A stretch of 37,980 nt of DNA, taken from positions 1-37,980 of the forward strand of contig JAGQJP010000468.1 in NCBI GenBank assembly GCA_020430585.1. The letters are read 5' to 3'. How positions within the stretch are numbered: position 1 is the first letter of the stretch; the number at the start of each line of letters is the position of its first letter. Position numbers and translations under genes: made by a program. This DNA is from Myxococcales bacterium (GTDB lineage: Bacteria > Myxococcota_A > UBA9042 > JAGQJP01). Positions 1-9,514 of the stretch are shown here, one piece after another. A model generated the notes under the pieces. The model was not told where the DNA came from and did no database searches. It worked only from the letters and a program-made list of their open reading frames with translations.

Positions 1-41
1 CGATCGTCGAGTTCTCGGGAACGCCGCTCGGGCGTTGAGGC

Positions 42-833
42 TCAGTTCGACTCCGCCATCTCGAAATCGACGAGGAGCTCTCGGGCGATCAAGCGTGGCA
101 AGCTCGCCAGCGTGTCGACGGCGGTGTCGGGATCCAAGGGCTCGCTGATCTGCGCCATCGTGCGGTGTCGCCCGATGCCCTGCATCAATCGCCACTCGTC
201 CGCATTCAGGCGGTCGATGTGCAGCGCGTCGTTGCGCCAGACGACCATTCGAACGGGCTCGCCCTCGGTCGCCGCGAGCCTGGGAACGGGGCGTTGCGCG
301 AGAAAGGCGGCGAAGATCGTGTCGACGGAATAGGGCGAGAGCAACAGCCCGACCGACGAGCGAAAGCTGAAGCGCAGCCGGCCGCGGCGCTCGAAGTCGA
401 TGTGGAGCAGCTCGTCGAGGGTCAGCGGATCGTCTTCGGCGGCGTTCGCGGCGCGGTGCCAGAGCCATTCGAGGCGCGCCAGGTCCGGGAGATAAGGCAT
501 CGACTCGATGCTCGGAAGCATCTCGAGGTGGTCGGCGAAGCGGTCTCCGTAGTCGTTGCGCTCGGCGGACACCGCTGGAGTGCCGAAGGCGTATCGGCGC
601 GCTGCTGACGAGAAGTACTCCGCCTCGACGAGGGCCCGACAGGCGGGGTAGACACGTTCGAGCGCGTCGGTCAACGTCGCGATCACCGCGCGTCGACAGA
701 GCCGCAGCCGCTCGTGTGGCGCTGGGCGGTCGGTGCTCTCGACGAAGGCGCAGAGCGCGTGGTCGAGGCCGAGCTTCTGCCGCGAGTCGAGTAGCGCCTC
801 GGCGACGCTCAGCTGCAGCTCACGCAAGTTCAC
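42..833 (-). CDS. DUF2063-family protein (BufC-like partner of DUF692 proteins)
   Basis: C-terminal 263 aa of ORF 42..1109. The GTG at 833 has GGAGG 6 nt upstream and gives MNLRELQLS.., a typical DUF2063 N-terminus. Family-like stretches include ERVYPACRALVE and PYLPDLARLEWLWH. It overlaps the DUF692 stop by 14 nt. The extra about 90 N-terminal aa in the ORF track are Arg/Ser-rich read-through inside the neighbouring gene. An alternative GTG start lies at 848. Confidence 0.75.
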   Translation of the reverse strand: MNLRELQLSVAEALLDSRQKLGLDHALCAFVESTDRPAPHERLRLCRRAVIATLTDALERVYPACRALVEAEYFSSAARRYAFGTPAVSAERNDYGDRFADHLEMLPSIESMPYLPDLARLEWLWHRAANAAEDDPLTLDELLHIDFERRGRLRFSFRSSVGLLLSPYSVDTIFAAFLAQRPVPRLAATEGEPVRMVVWRNDALHIDRLNADEWRLMQGIGRHRTMAQISEPLDPDTAVDTLASLPRLIARELLVDFEMAESN

Positions 834-1638
834 CGCGCGCCTCCACACGTGCCCCGAGTCGCTCGATGCGGCTTCGCAGGCGATCGAGACCTCCGCGTCG
901 CCGATCCCAATCGAGCGCCGTCGGCTGCGGTCCAAATCGGCCGATCGCCTCGTCGAAGAGCTCCTCGACGAGCGCGTCGAGCTCGCCCTGATCGGGCGGG
1001 GGCCAGAGTCCATCACGGGTCGCGTAGCGGCTGATCCGTAGCTGCGAGACCCGCTCGAGGGGCAGCGCCGCGAGATATTCGCCCGGGTCGAAGCCGAGGC
1101 TCCGGGCATTCAGGGCCAGCGCCGACAGGTCGAGGGCGAGGTAGCACTCGGCCTCGTCGAGGACGGCGCAGACGAACTGGCACTCGCTCAGGGTCGACTG
1201 GGCGAAACGAAAGAAGATCGGCGGGTTTCGCACCAACAGCGGTCGCTCGAAGCGATACTGCACCTCGCGGATTCGCGCGGCGACGTGCCCAACGGCTTCG
1301 TCGGTGTAGGGCAGCGGTAGGGAGTGGTGCAGATAGCGATGGTTGACCGAGCGCCAACCGAGGTCGTCGACGAGCGTCTCAGGGTCGACCCGCTCGACGA
1401 GCGCGACGAGGCGTTCGATGAAGGAGTCGTTGAGTGGATCGGTCGAACCGAGGGAGAGGCCATCGCAAAAAAAGGCGAGCGGGTAGCGCTCGCGCAGCTC
1501 GAGAAGCGCACGAAAGTTGGCGCCGCCGAGGCCGAGGTGTGGGCCGGCTTCTACGGCGAACCAAGGAAGCGAAGGCTGCTCGTCGAGGATCAGGGGGATC
1601 TGTTCGGGCTCGAGGCCGGCTCCGACGCCGTAGAGCAT
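820..1638 (-). CDS. DUF692 / MbnB-BufB-like TIM-barrel protein, apparently ligand-depleted
   Basis: 272-aa ORF with DUF692 landmarks (GVG..., LSLGS, SLPLPYTDEA, LGFDP, PTALDWD). Its ATG lies 1 nt after the stop of the upstream gene. The positions I remember as Fe ligands read F, D, R, A and R instead of H, H, E, N and H (see finding). Confidence 0.8.
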   Translation of the reverse strand: MLYGVGAGLEPEQIPLILDEQPSLPWFAVEAGPHLGLGGANFRALLELRERYPLAFFCDGLSLGSTDPLNDSFIERLVALVERVDPETLVDDLGWRSVNHRYLHHSLPLPYTDEAVGHVAARIREVQYRFERPLLVRNPPIFFRFAQSTLSECQFVCAVLDEAECYLALDLSALALNARSLGFDPGEYLAALPLERVSQLRISRYATRDGLWPPPDQGELDALVEELFDEAIGRFGPQPTALDWDRRRGGLDRLRSRIERLGARVEARGELA

Positions 1639-1639
1639 C

Positions 1640-2923
1640 TCAGAACGAGAACTTCGGCTTGAGCTTGGCCTCTTTGTCGATCGTCTTCTGCAGCGAGTCG
1701 AAGTAGACGCGCCCGGCGATATTGTCGATCGCCAGCAATCGAGAGTGGTACGTCTTCAGCAGCACCTTGTCGTCGTGGGAGAGCAGCTCGTGGGCGCGCA
1801 GCAGGACGAGCTCTTTGGCGGGGACCTTCTCGATGAAGCGGCTGCCGAGCGGCTTGACTTTGACGAGCAGCTTCTCGACTTCGACCTCGATCGGCTCACC
1901 CTTTTTGTCCTTGATGATCTTGCCCTTTTCGTCGCGCTTCTTCTCTTTGACCTTCTCTTTGAGCACGTTTGAGCGGATCTCGACCACTTTTCCGACAGCC
2001 GGACCCTTGTCGTTTGCCTTGAACTGCACCGCGTAGCCGATCTTCTTCACCGTATTCTCGCGCAGCGCCTGGTAGGACTTCGAGTTGTCGGAGACGAGCT
2101 TGGCATAGAACAGCATCGTGTTCGCCGCATAGATGAAGGAGTAGACCTCGGCGACGAGCTTGCTGTTCCAGACGCCGTTCCCCTTGACGATCACCCCCGG
2201 GACGAGGGGCTTGTAGCCTGCGAACTCTTTGCAAGCCTTGAGGAACTTGGGATGGGGCACCCAGCTGCGGCCGAGGACTTTGTTGACGCGGGCGAGCTCG
2301 ATCTTCGAGGCCTCTTTGAACTCGCCGACGACGGTGATGAAGCGCTGGAAGCCCTCGGTCTTGACGGAACGCTGGATCTGTTTCGCCTGGAAGATTCGCT
2401 TGTTGTACTCATCGCGGATGCTGAAGCCCTTGCCGAGGTAGAAGGCGAAGGCCATCAAACCAAATGCAGCGGCGGCCGCCACCCCGATGAAGACCATCGT
2501 CTTGACGGGATTCTTCTCTTTGTACGGCACCGAGCCCTTGATGCTGTCGTCCTCCATCGGCTCGAGCCCGATCGGCGGAAGCGGCACCTGGGGCTTGTAC
2601 ATTTGCTGCTGCATCTGCAGCGCACTGGGCTGGGCGACGACCGTGTCGACAGCCTGGAAGGGATTTTCCGGTTCCGGCTCAGGCTTCGGGGGCTCCTTGG
2701 GTTTGCTAATATCTTCTTGAATTTCCTGAAGAAATTTGTCCGATACGCTGCGCCCCTGCGGTTTCGGTGCGAGCCCCAATTTGGCACGGAGGTCCTGGAT
2801 GTTCGGCGCCACACCCGGCTTTCGGTCTTTGATCGACGGCACTTTCGGCGCCGCGCTCGGCTTCTCTGTTGGAGCAGCGGGTGCTGGCGGGGTGCTGGCA
2901 CCTTGCTTCTGGTCGGTCGTCAA
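1640..2923 (-). CDS. bitopic membrane protein: Pro-rich N-terminus, one TM helix, Lys-rich C-terminal domain; function unknown
   Basis: 427-aa ORF with a TTG start at 2923 and AGGAGG 7 nt upstream. It has a single hydrophobic segment (MVFIGVAAAAAFGLMAFAFYL) and high GC3. I recognise no family. Only one Cys is present. Confidence 0.8.
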   Translation of the reverse strand: MTTDQKQGASTPPAPAAPTEKPSAAPKVPSIKDRKPGVAPNIQDLRAKLGLAPKPQGRSVSDKFLQEIQEDISKPKEPPKPEPEPENPFQAVDTVVAQPSALQMQQQMYKPQVPLPPIGLEPMEDDSIKGSVPYKEKNPVKTMVFIGVAAAAAFGLMAFAFYLGKGFSIRDEYNKRIFQAKQIQRSVKTEGFQRFITVVGEFKEASKIELARVNKVLGRSWVPHPKFLKACKEFAGYKPLVPGVIVKGNGVWNSKLVAEVYSFIYAANTMLFYAKLVSDNSKSYQALRENTVKKIGYAVQFKANDKGPAVGKVVEIRSNVLKEKVKEKKRDEKGKIIKDKKGEPIEVEVEKLLVKVKPLGSRFIEKVPAKELVLLRAHELLSHDDKVLLKTYHSRLLAIDNIAGRVYFDSLQKTIDKEAKLKPKFSF

Positions 2924-2963
2924 CCGCGCCTCCTTCGAATGTATGGAAAACTCACGTCGAATC

Positions 2964-2993
2964 GATATATCTCTGCCGCTTACGTGCCTTCAA
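2964..2993 (-). promoter_or_regulatory. candidate sigma70-type promoter for the 1640..2923 operon (TTGAAG-18-TATATC on the minus strand)
   Basis: Read by eye in the locally AT-richer divergent intergenic region, about 45 nt upstream of the TTG start. Confidence 0.3.
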
Positions 2994-3064
2994 GGGTACA
3001 TAACAATTGGCGATCAAGTCAAGCAACGCGACGCGTCGGGGTCTCAATCTGGCGAGGCGCGCGC

Positions 3065-3094
3065 TTGACAATTTGCCGATGGATATTCGAGAAT
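3065..3094 (+). promoter_or_regulatory. candidate sigma70-type promoter for the BMC-P operon (TTGACA-18-GAGAAT)
   Basis: Perfect -35 hexamer at 3065..3070 and a 4/6 -10 at 3089..3094. An AGGAG RBS sits 8 nt before the ATG at 3125. Confidence 0.3.
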
Positions 3095-3124
3095 AGCGAC
3101 GACTCGATCACCAGGAGAACGCCG

Positions 3125-3493
3125 ATGTATTTGGGCCGCGTTATCGGCTCTGTCGTTTGCTCGCAGAAAGTCAGCGGCCTCGAGGGAGTGAAGCTTCTCC
3201 TCGTCGAGAGGCTCGACCACACGGGAGCGCGTGTAGGGCGACCCCACGTCGCCGCAGACGTCGTGCAGGCGGGCCCGGGTGATTTCGTGCACCTCGTGTC
3301 GAGTCGCGAGGCGGCGTTGGCGATGGAGGAGACCTTCGTCCCAGTCGACGCGGCGATCGTCGGTATCGTCGATCAGCTCGACGTGGTGGGGCCCGCTGCC
3401 GGTGACGCCGCCGCGGCGTCTGGGTCGGCCAGCGCCGGCCGTTCCGCTCCCAAAGCGGCAAAGGCGCGTCCCACGAAGAAGGGGCGCACGTGA
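3125..3493 (+). CDS. BMC vertex protein (BMC-P; EutN/CcmL/PduN family) with a C-terminal Ala/Lys/Arg-rich extension
   Basis: An internal ATG of ORF 2252..3493 gives MYLGRVIGSVVCSQK...VAADVVQAGPGD...VDAAIVGIVDQL, a classic EutN/CcmL signature. About 35 extra residues follow the fold. Confidence 0.9.
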   Translation: MYLGRVIGSVVCSQKVSGLEGVKLLLVERLDHTGARVGRPHVAADVVQAGPGDFVHLVSSREAALAMEETFVPVDAAIVGIVDQLDVVGPAAGDAAAASGSASAGRSAPKAAKARPTKKGRT

Positions 3494-3765
3494 TCGTCGC
3501 ACGCGTCATCGGGACGGTGGTCTCGACCGTCAAACATCCGACCTACCACGGGCGCAAGCTGATGGTCTGCCAACAGATCGACGAAGACCAGCGCGACGTC
3601 GGCACGTCGTTTCTCGCCGTCGACAACGTTCAGGCTGGCGTCGGAGACACGGTCCTCGTGCTGCGCGAGGGCAATGGAATTCGCCAGCTCCTCGGCCAGG
3701 CCGTGCTGCCGATCCGCGCGCTGATCGTCGGGATCGTCGACGAGGTGCACGTTGACCGCGGCTGA
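3490..3765 (+). CDS. BMC vertex protein (BMC-P; EutN/CcmL/PduN family), second paralog
   Basis: MIVARVIGTVVSTVKH...LAVDNVQAGVGDTVLV...ALIVGIVDEV. The GTG start overlaps the upstream stop (GTGA). Confidence 0.9.
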   Translation: MIVARVIGTVVSTVKHPTYHGRKLMVCQQIDEDQRDVGTSFLAVDNVQAGVGDTVLVLREGNGIRQLLGQAVLPIRALIVGIVDEVHVDRG

Positions 3766-4504
3766 TCGCAAGAAACTGCTGCTGCACTATACCCACCGCG
3801 TGGCCCGTAATGGCTGGGTCGCGAACCACGATGGCAACCTCTCGCTGCGCCTAGACGGCGATCTGCTGTTGTCGACCCCGACGGCGATGGCCAAAGAGGA
3901 CGTGCGCAGCGATGACCTGCTCGTGATCGACGGGCAGGGCGCGGTCGTCAGTGGGAAGCGGCGCGTCTTCTCCGAGATCAATCTGCACCTGGCGGCGTAC
4001 GGCGCTCGCTCCGACGTCAACGCGGTGGTGCATGCCCATCCGCCGCGGGCGACGGCGCTCTCCGTCGCTGGCGTGACGATCGAGAAGCCGATCATCGCCG
4101 AAGCGGTGGTCTCGATCGGCGATCGGATTCCCCTCGTGCCGTACGCCATGCCAGGCACGCCCGAGTCGGCGCGGCTCGTCGAAGAGCATCTGCAGCTCTC
4201 GAGCGTGCTGATCTTGCAGAATCACGGGGTGTTGACGGTCGGGGCCGATCTCGAGCAAGCGTACCTGCGGATGGAGCTCGTCGAGCACCTGGCGACGATC
4301 TACCTCCACGCGCTATCGGCGGGCCGCGTGAACCCGATCCCCGCGACAGACGTCGACGAGCTGCTGCAACGCCATCGCAAGGCGGGTCTCGCAGCGCCGC
4401 TCGCCGGGCTGCAAGAAGCGGCCGAGCGCGCCTCACCCGCAGCCGATGGCGAGCTGATCGACCTCGTAACGCGGGAAGTGATGCGCGTGCTCGCCGAAAA
4501 GTAG
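3752..4504 (+). CDS. class II aldolase/adducin-family protein with a C-terminal encapsulation-peptide-like helix
   Basis: Motifs HDGNLSLR, VVHAHPP and LQNHGVLTVG (metal-binding His pattern of class II aldolases). The TTG start at 3752 overlaps the BMC-P stop by 14 nt, so the start is uncertain. Confidence 0.85.
   Translation: MTAADRKKLLLHYTHRVARNGWVANHDGNLSLRLDGDLLLSTPTAMAKEDVRSDDLLVIDGQGAVVSGKRRVFSEINLHLAAYGARSDVNAVVHAHPPRATALSVAGVTIEKPIIAEAVVSIGDRIPLVPYAMPGTPESARLVEEHLQLSSVLILQNHGVLTVGADLEQAYLRMELVEHLATIYLHALSAGRVNPIPATDVDELLQRHRKAGLAAPLAGLQEAAERASPAADGELIDLVTREVMRVLAEK
4448..4501 (+). other. putative BMC encapsulation peptide (amphipathic helix GELIDLVTREVMRVLAEK) after an Ala/Pro/Gly-rich linker
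   Basis: This is the terminal 18 aa of the aldolase, beyond the end of the catalytic fold. It follows a low-complexity linker (LAAPLAGLQEAAERASPAAD) and has alternating hydrophobic and charged residues. Confidence 0.5.
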
Positions 4505-4508
4505 GCGC

Positions 4509-5873
4509 ATGCAGTTCGATCTCTTCGACAGTGAGAAGGCCCTCAGCGTCAGCGAGCTGACCGCTCAGATCAAGACCGCCCTCGAACGCCGTTTTGCCAC
4601 GGTCTGCGTGGAAGGTGAGGTCTGGCAGCCCAGCGTCCATCGCGCCAGCGGGCACATCTACTTCTCGTTGAAAGACTCGGCGGCTGTGCTGCGCTGCGTC
4701 ATGTTCCGCAAGCGGGTTCAACGACTTCGCGAGCCCCTCGAGGCGGGCTTGAAGGTGCGCTGCTTCGGCACCTTGAACGTCTATCCGCCCCAGGGTCAGT
4801 ACCAGCTGGTGGTCGATCGGGTCGAGACGAGCGGGGTCGGCGCGCTGCTGGTCGCCTTCGAACGCCTCAAGAAGAAGCTCCAAGGCGAAGGCCTCTTCGA
4901 CGCCGAGCGCAAACGGCCCCTGCCGCGTTTTCCGAGGCGGATCGCGATCGTCACGTCGCTGCACGGCGCGGCGTTGCGGGACATCGTACGAACGATCTTC
5001 GCCCGTTACCCAGCCAGGCTATTGGTGCTGCCCGTTCGCGTCCAGGGTGAAGGCGCCGCCGCCGAGATCGCAAGGGCGATCGAGCGCGCCCAACGAATTC
5101 CTTCGATCGATGTGCTCGTCATCGGGCGCGGAGGCGGGTCCCTCGAGGATCTCTGGGCCTTCAACGAAGAGATCGTCGTGCGTGCCCTCGCTCGCAGCGC
5201 GATTCCGACGGTCAGCGCCGTCGGCCACGAGGTCGACTGGGCGCTAACCGATTTCGTCGCCGACGTGCGTGCCGCGACGCCCACGGCGGCGGGCGAGCTG
5301 GTCGTGCCGGCTTTCGAGGACCTGATGATGACGTTCGACGACGCCGCTCAGCGCCTCGAGGCGGGCTTGCGGCGACGACTCGCGCATCAGCGGCTTCGCC
5401 TGGGCGCAGTCCGCGGTCGTCTCCTCGATCCGAGAACGCTCACCTCGTCGTATCGCTTGCAGCTCTCGCACCACCTTCAGCGCTTGCGTCTCACGATCGG
5501 TGGCACCGTCGAACGTCGTCGTCGCGCGCTGCAGAACCTCGAGCGCGCCCTCGGCGTCTTCGACCCCAAGCGCCGCATCACCAATGAGCGAGCTGCGCTC
5601 GAGCGGTTGACCTCGAACCTCGTACGGGCGATACGTCAGCGACAAATCGAGGCGCGGCGCTCGGTGGCCGAGGTCGAAAAAAGCCTCCGCACCTTGAGCC
5701 CTCTTGCGGTATTATCGCGGGGGTACGCGATCGTCACCGAGAGTAGCGAGGGCCGGGCGCTTCGGGATGTGAGCGAGCTCGAGGCTGGGCAGGACGTCGA
5801 GATACGGCTGCACCGAGGTGGGGCGACCGCGCGGATCGAGGCGATCCGTGGGGCGCTCGAGGATGAGGAGTGA
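4509..5873 (+). CDS. xseA: exodeoxyribonuclease VII large subunit
   Basis: N-terminal OB-fold signature (LSVSELTAQIKTALE..VCVEGEV...GHIYFSLKD) and central GRGGGS.EDLWAFNEE. The ATG lies 4 nt after the aldolase stop. Confidence 0.9.
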   Translation: MQFDLFDSEKALSVSELTAQIKTALERRFATVCVEGEVWQPSVHRASGHIYFSLKDSAAVLRCVMFRKRVQRLREPLEAGLKVRCFGTLNVYPPQGQYQLVVDRVETSGVGALLVAFERLKKKLQGEGLFDAERKRPLPRFPRRIAIVTSLHGAALRDIVRTIFARYPARLLVLPVRVQGEGAAAEIARAIERAQRIPSIDVLVIGRGGGSLEDLWAFNEEIVVRALARSAIPTVSAVGHEVDWALTDFVADVRAATPTAAGELVVPAFEDLMMTFDDAAQRLEAGLRRRLAHQRLRLGAVRGRLLDPRTLTSSYRLQLSHHLQRLRLTIGGTVERRRRALQNLERALGVFDPKRRITNERAALERLTSNLVRAIRQRQIEARRSVAEVEKSLRTLSPLAVLSRGYAIVTESSEGRALRDVSELEAGQDVEIRLHRGGATARIEAIRGALEDEE

Positions 5874-5876
5874 CCG

Positions 5877-7265
<1,389 letters not shown>

Positions 7266-7328
7266 AGACGGTCGGCGCGCCGCCGCGCGTGGTCCGATTC
7301 GGTCGAAGGGTGGAATGGAGCTCTGGCG

Positions 7329-7727
7329 ATGGGAATCTCGATGACGACGTGGTATTCGCTCTGTTTGTCCGACCGCACTCCTCTTCTGGCGTGGGATCCG
7401 ATGCTGCGCATCGATCTCGACGACGCGACGATGCGTCTGGACCTGACCGTCGACGGCGACAGCATGGAGCAGATCGCCTCCGAGCTCTTCATCCCCGAGC
7501 TCGACCCGGGTGAGGCGGCGCTGCATCGTATCTTCCGCGTGACCCTGACCGCCAAGCCGTGGGTCGTGATGCACTGCCGTCCGCGCCTGCGGGAGTCCGA
7601 GAATCCGCTGCGCGAGGTGCTCGGCTCGTCTTTCGAGAACGATGATTCCCTCTCGCGACTCCACGATCTCGGAAGCTTCGAGCTCGCCGAGTGGCTCGAG
7701 CTGCGCACGGGAGTCGGCGACGCCTGA
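7329..7727 (+). CDS. hypothetical protein
   Basis: 132-aa ORF that fills an otherwise 480-bp gap. GGAG lies 8 nt upstream of the ATG. GC3 is high and the composition is not Arg-biased. I recognise no family. Confidence 0.5.
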   Translation: MGISMTTWYSLCLSDRTPLLAWDPMLRIDLDDATMRLDLTVDGDSMEQIASELFIPELDPGEAALHRIFRVTLTAKPWVVMHCRPRLRESENPLREVLGSSFENDDSLSRLHDLGSFELAEWLELRTGVGDA

Positions 7728-7747
7728 CCCTGCTGCGCGCTGGTCCC

Positions 7748-9439
7748 TCAGCCTCCGTAGCGGCCGGGGGCGAGGATGCCGTTCGGATCGAGGGCCCGTT
7801 TGATCGCCCGCAACGCCTCGTGATACCCTGGCGCGTCGTCGAAGATCACCTCGTGTAGCGAATGTCCCGTGCGGTACTGCGGGTATCCCGCGCGCTGGCA
7901 AGCCTCGAAGAGGGCGCGCTGCAGGTCGAGGGCGCGCTTCACCTCATCGCCATCGTCGGGTCGGTAGAAGATCGGCATCAACGACATCGTCGTCCGCGCG
8001 TTGATCGAGATGAAGGTGTTCGTGTAGTCCAAGCCGTGGGCGCGAAACAGCGGACGGGCGAGGTCGATCACCGCGCGCATGTCTTGGCCTCGAAGGGGAA
8101 GCATGCAGGGAGCCCAGATCATCCCCGCTCCGTCGCGCGCCGGGTCGAGGTCCACCGTGGGGCGCGGTTTTCTCGCTTTGAAGTAGGCGAAACCGAGCAC
8201 CGTTTCGCTGGGGACGCCGCGGAGTAGGTCGAAGACCCGTGAGGTCGCCCGCAGCTTGGCTGGCGATGCACCCGTCGCTTTGCGCAGGGCGCGGTCCGGC
8301 GCGCTACCGGGCGTCAATCGCTCCCAGGTATCGATAATCGGGGGAAGAAGCGAGGCGAGGCGCTCGCTGACGAAGGTTAGCTTGCCGTGAGGCGCCAGTC
8401 GCTCTTTCAACTGTCGACGTTGCTCGGCAACTTGGGTGCGGGTGCCGTAGAGGCCACCCGTCAGGCTGAGCGGCGCGATATTATAGCGCTCGCGCAGCGT
8501 TGCGCGCTCGGCGTCACCGAGGAAGGTCTGACCCGCCCGCAACAGATCATCGGGATAGGGGCCCAGAATCGCGGCGAAGAGCACGTCGTTGACCGTGTGA
8601 ATGTTGGCCCGCAGCATGCCCTGCAGCGTCAGCTCGCGAATCGTATCGATGATCGCGGGTAGGCGCGCCTCGTCGGCGAATTCGAGGAGAAAGAGCCCAT
8701 GCGCTTCGGGCTTCGGCATCAGCCAGATGCCCGCTTTCGTCACGACACCCAGGTTCGATTGGCCGAAGAGCCCCTCGATGCTCGCGCCGGTTCCCCAACG
8801 GTGGGTGTGCCAGGTCTTCGAGGCCTCGTTCCCGCCGCCGCTGCGGATCACGGTCCCGTCGGCGAGCACCGCTTCGATCCCGCAGAGCGCGCCGAAGTGG
8901 TCGCAGAGAGGCGTGTAGCCGACGCCGTGTTCGAGGGCGTTGCCGATCACGCTGCCCTTCGGCGTCGAGTCGGTGCAATCGGTCCAGAGGCCGGTTTGCT
9001 CGGCGTCCAGGTGGGCCCGCAGCTGAGCCTGGGTCACGCCGGGCTCGATCACGGCGTAGGCCAGCTCGCGGTTGACCTCGACGATCCGGTTCATTCGCCG
9101 CAGGAGTAGGATCAGCGCGCCGTCGCGCAACCCCATCGCCGCTCCGTAGCCCCAGTTCCAGCCGCCGCTGAAGGTCCAGACCGGCAGCTTCTCGCGATTG
9201 GCGAGGCGGAGAATCGAGGCCACCTCGTCGGTGGTCGCGGGTGAAACGACCGCCACGCCCCGCGTTCGCCACGGCCCGATATCGCGGCTGTTCTCGTCGA
9301 TCGTCGTCTCGTCGATCTGCACGTGAGCTCCGCCGACGATCGCGCTGAGCTCGTCGAATACCGACTTGGAAATTCCTTTCAATGGACGCCCCCGGTTCTG
9401 TTTTCGTTCGCGCCATCTGCGCGATCGAGACAGTACCAC
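7748..9439 (-). CDS. FAD-binding oxidoreductase (PCMH/VAO-type FAD-linked oxidase)
   Basis: FAD-binding N-terminal region (VVSPATTDEVASILRLANREKLPVWTFSGGWNWGYG) and a VAO-like C-terminus (ALDPNGILAPGRYG). The start is uncertain: GTG at 9439, or TTG at 9382. Confidence 0.85.
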   Translation of the reverse strand: MVLSRSRRWRERKQNRGRPLKGISKSVFDELSAIVGGAHVQIDETTIDENSRDIGPWRTRGVAVVSPATTDEVASILRLANREKLPVWTFSGGWNWGYGAAMGLRDGALILLLRRMNRIVEVNRELAYAVIEPGVTQAQLRAHLDAEQTGLWTDCTDSTPKGSVIGNALEHGVGYTPLCDHFGALCGIEAVLADGTVIRSGGGNEASKTWHTHRWGTGASIEGLFGQSNLGVVTKAGIWLMPKPEAHGLFLLEFADEARLPAIIDTIRELTLQGMLRANIHTVNDVLFAAILGPYPDDLLRAGQTFLGDAERATLRERYNIAPLSLTGGLYGTRTQVAEQRRQLKERLAPHGKLTFVSERLASLLPPIIDTWERLTPGSAPDRALRKATGASPAKLRATSRVFDLLRGVPSETVLGFAYFKARKPRPTVDLDPARDGAGMIWAPCMLPLRGQDMRAVIDLARPLFRAHGLDYTNTFISINARTTMSLMPIFYRPDDGDEVKRALDLQRALFEACQRAGYPQYRTGHSLHEVIFDDAPGYHEALRAIKRALDPNGILAPGRYGG

Positions 9440-9514
9440 AGCCCCGTCGCGATTCGAACCCCGTTCACGAAATTGCGGATGGCGATTGGTCTGTCGTGGC
9501 GGAGAGGACGAGCG

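Noticed and set aside
1640-2923. The 427-aa protein as a giant RiPP precursor for the DUF692 enzyme
   Set aside because: It has only one Cys (KACKEF), no Cys-rich core, and a TM helix rather than a cleavable leader. The DUF692 partner also appears to lack catalytic ligands. It is kept as a partner protein, not a substrate.
3050-3064. TGGCGAGGCGCGCGC upstream of the BMC-P operon as a sigma54 promoter
   Set aside because: The GG-N10-GC spacing arises trivially in a GC-only stretch. Neither the TGGCAC nor the TTGC character is present.
9441-9470. GGTTCGAATC (tRNA T-loop-like) on the minus strand, a possible tRNA or tRNA-fragment att site
   Set aside because: The flanks do not form a T-stem, acceptor stem or anticodon arm. 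It is a 10-mer coincidence near or overlapping the 5' end of the FAD-oxidase gene.
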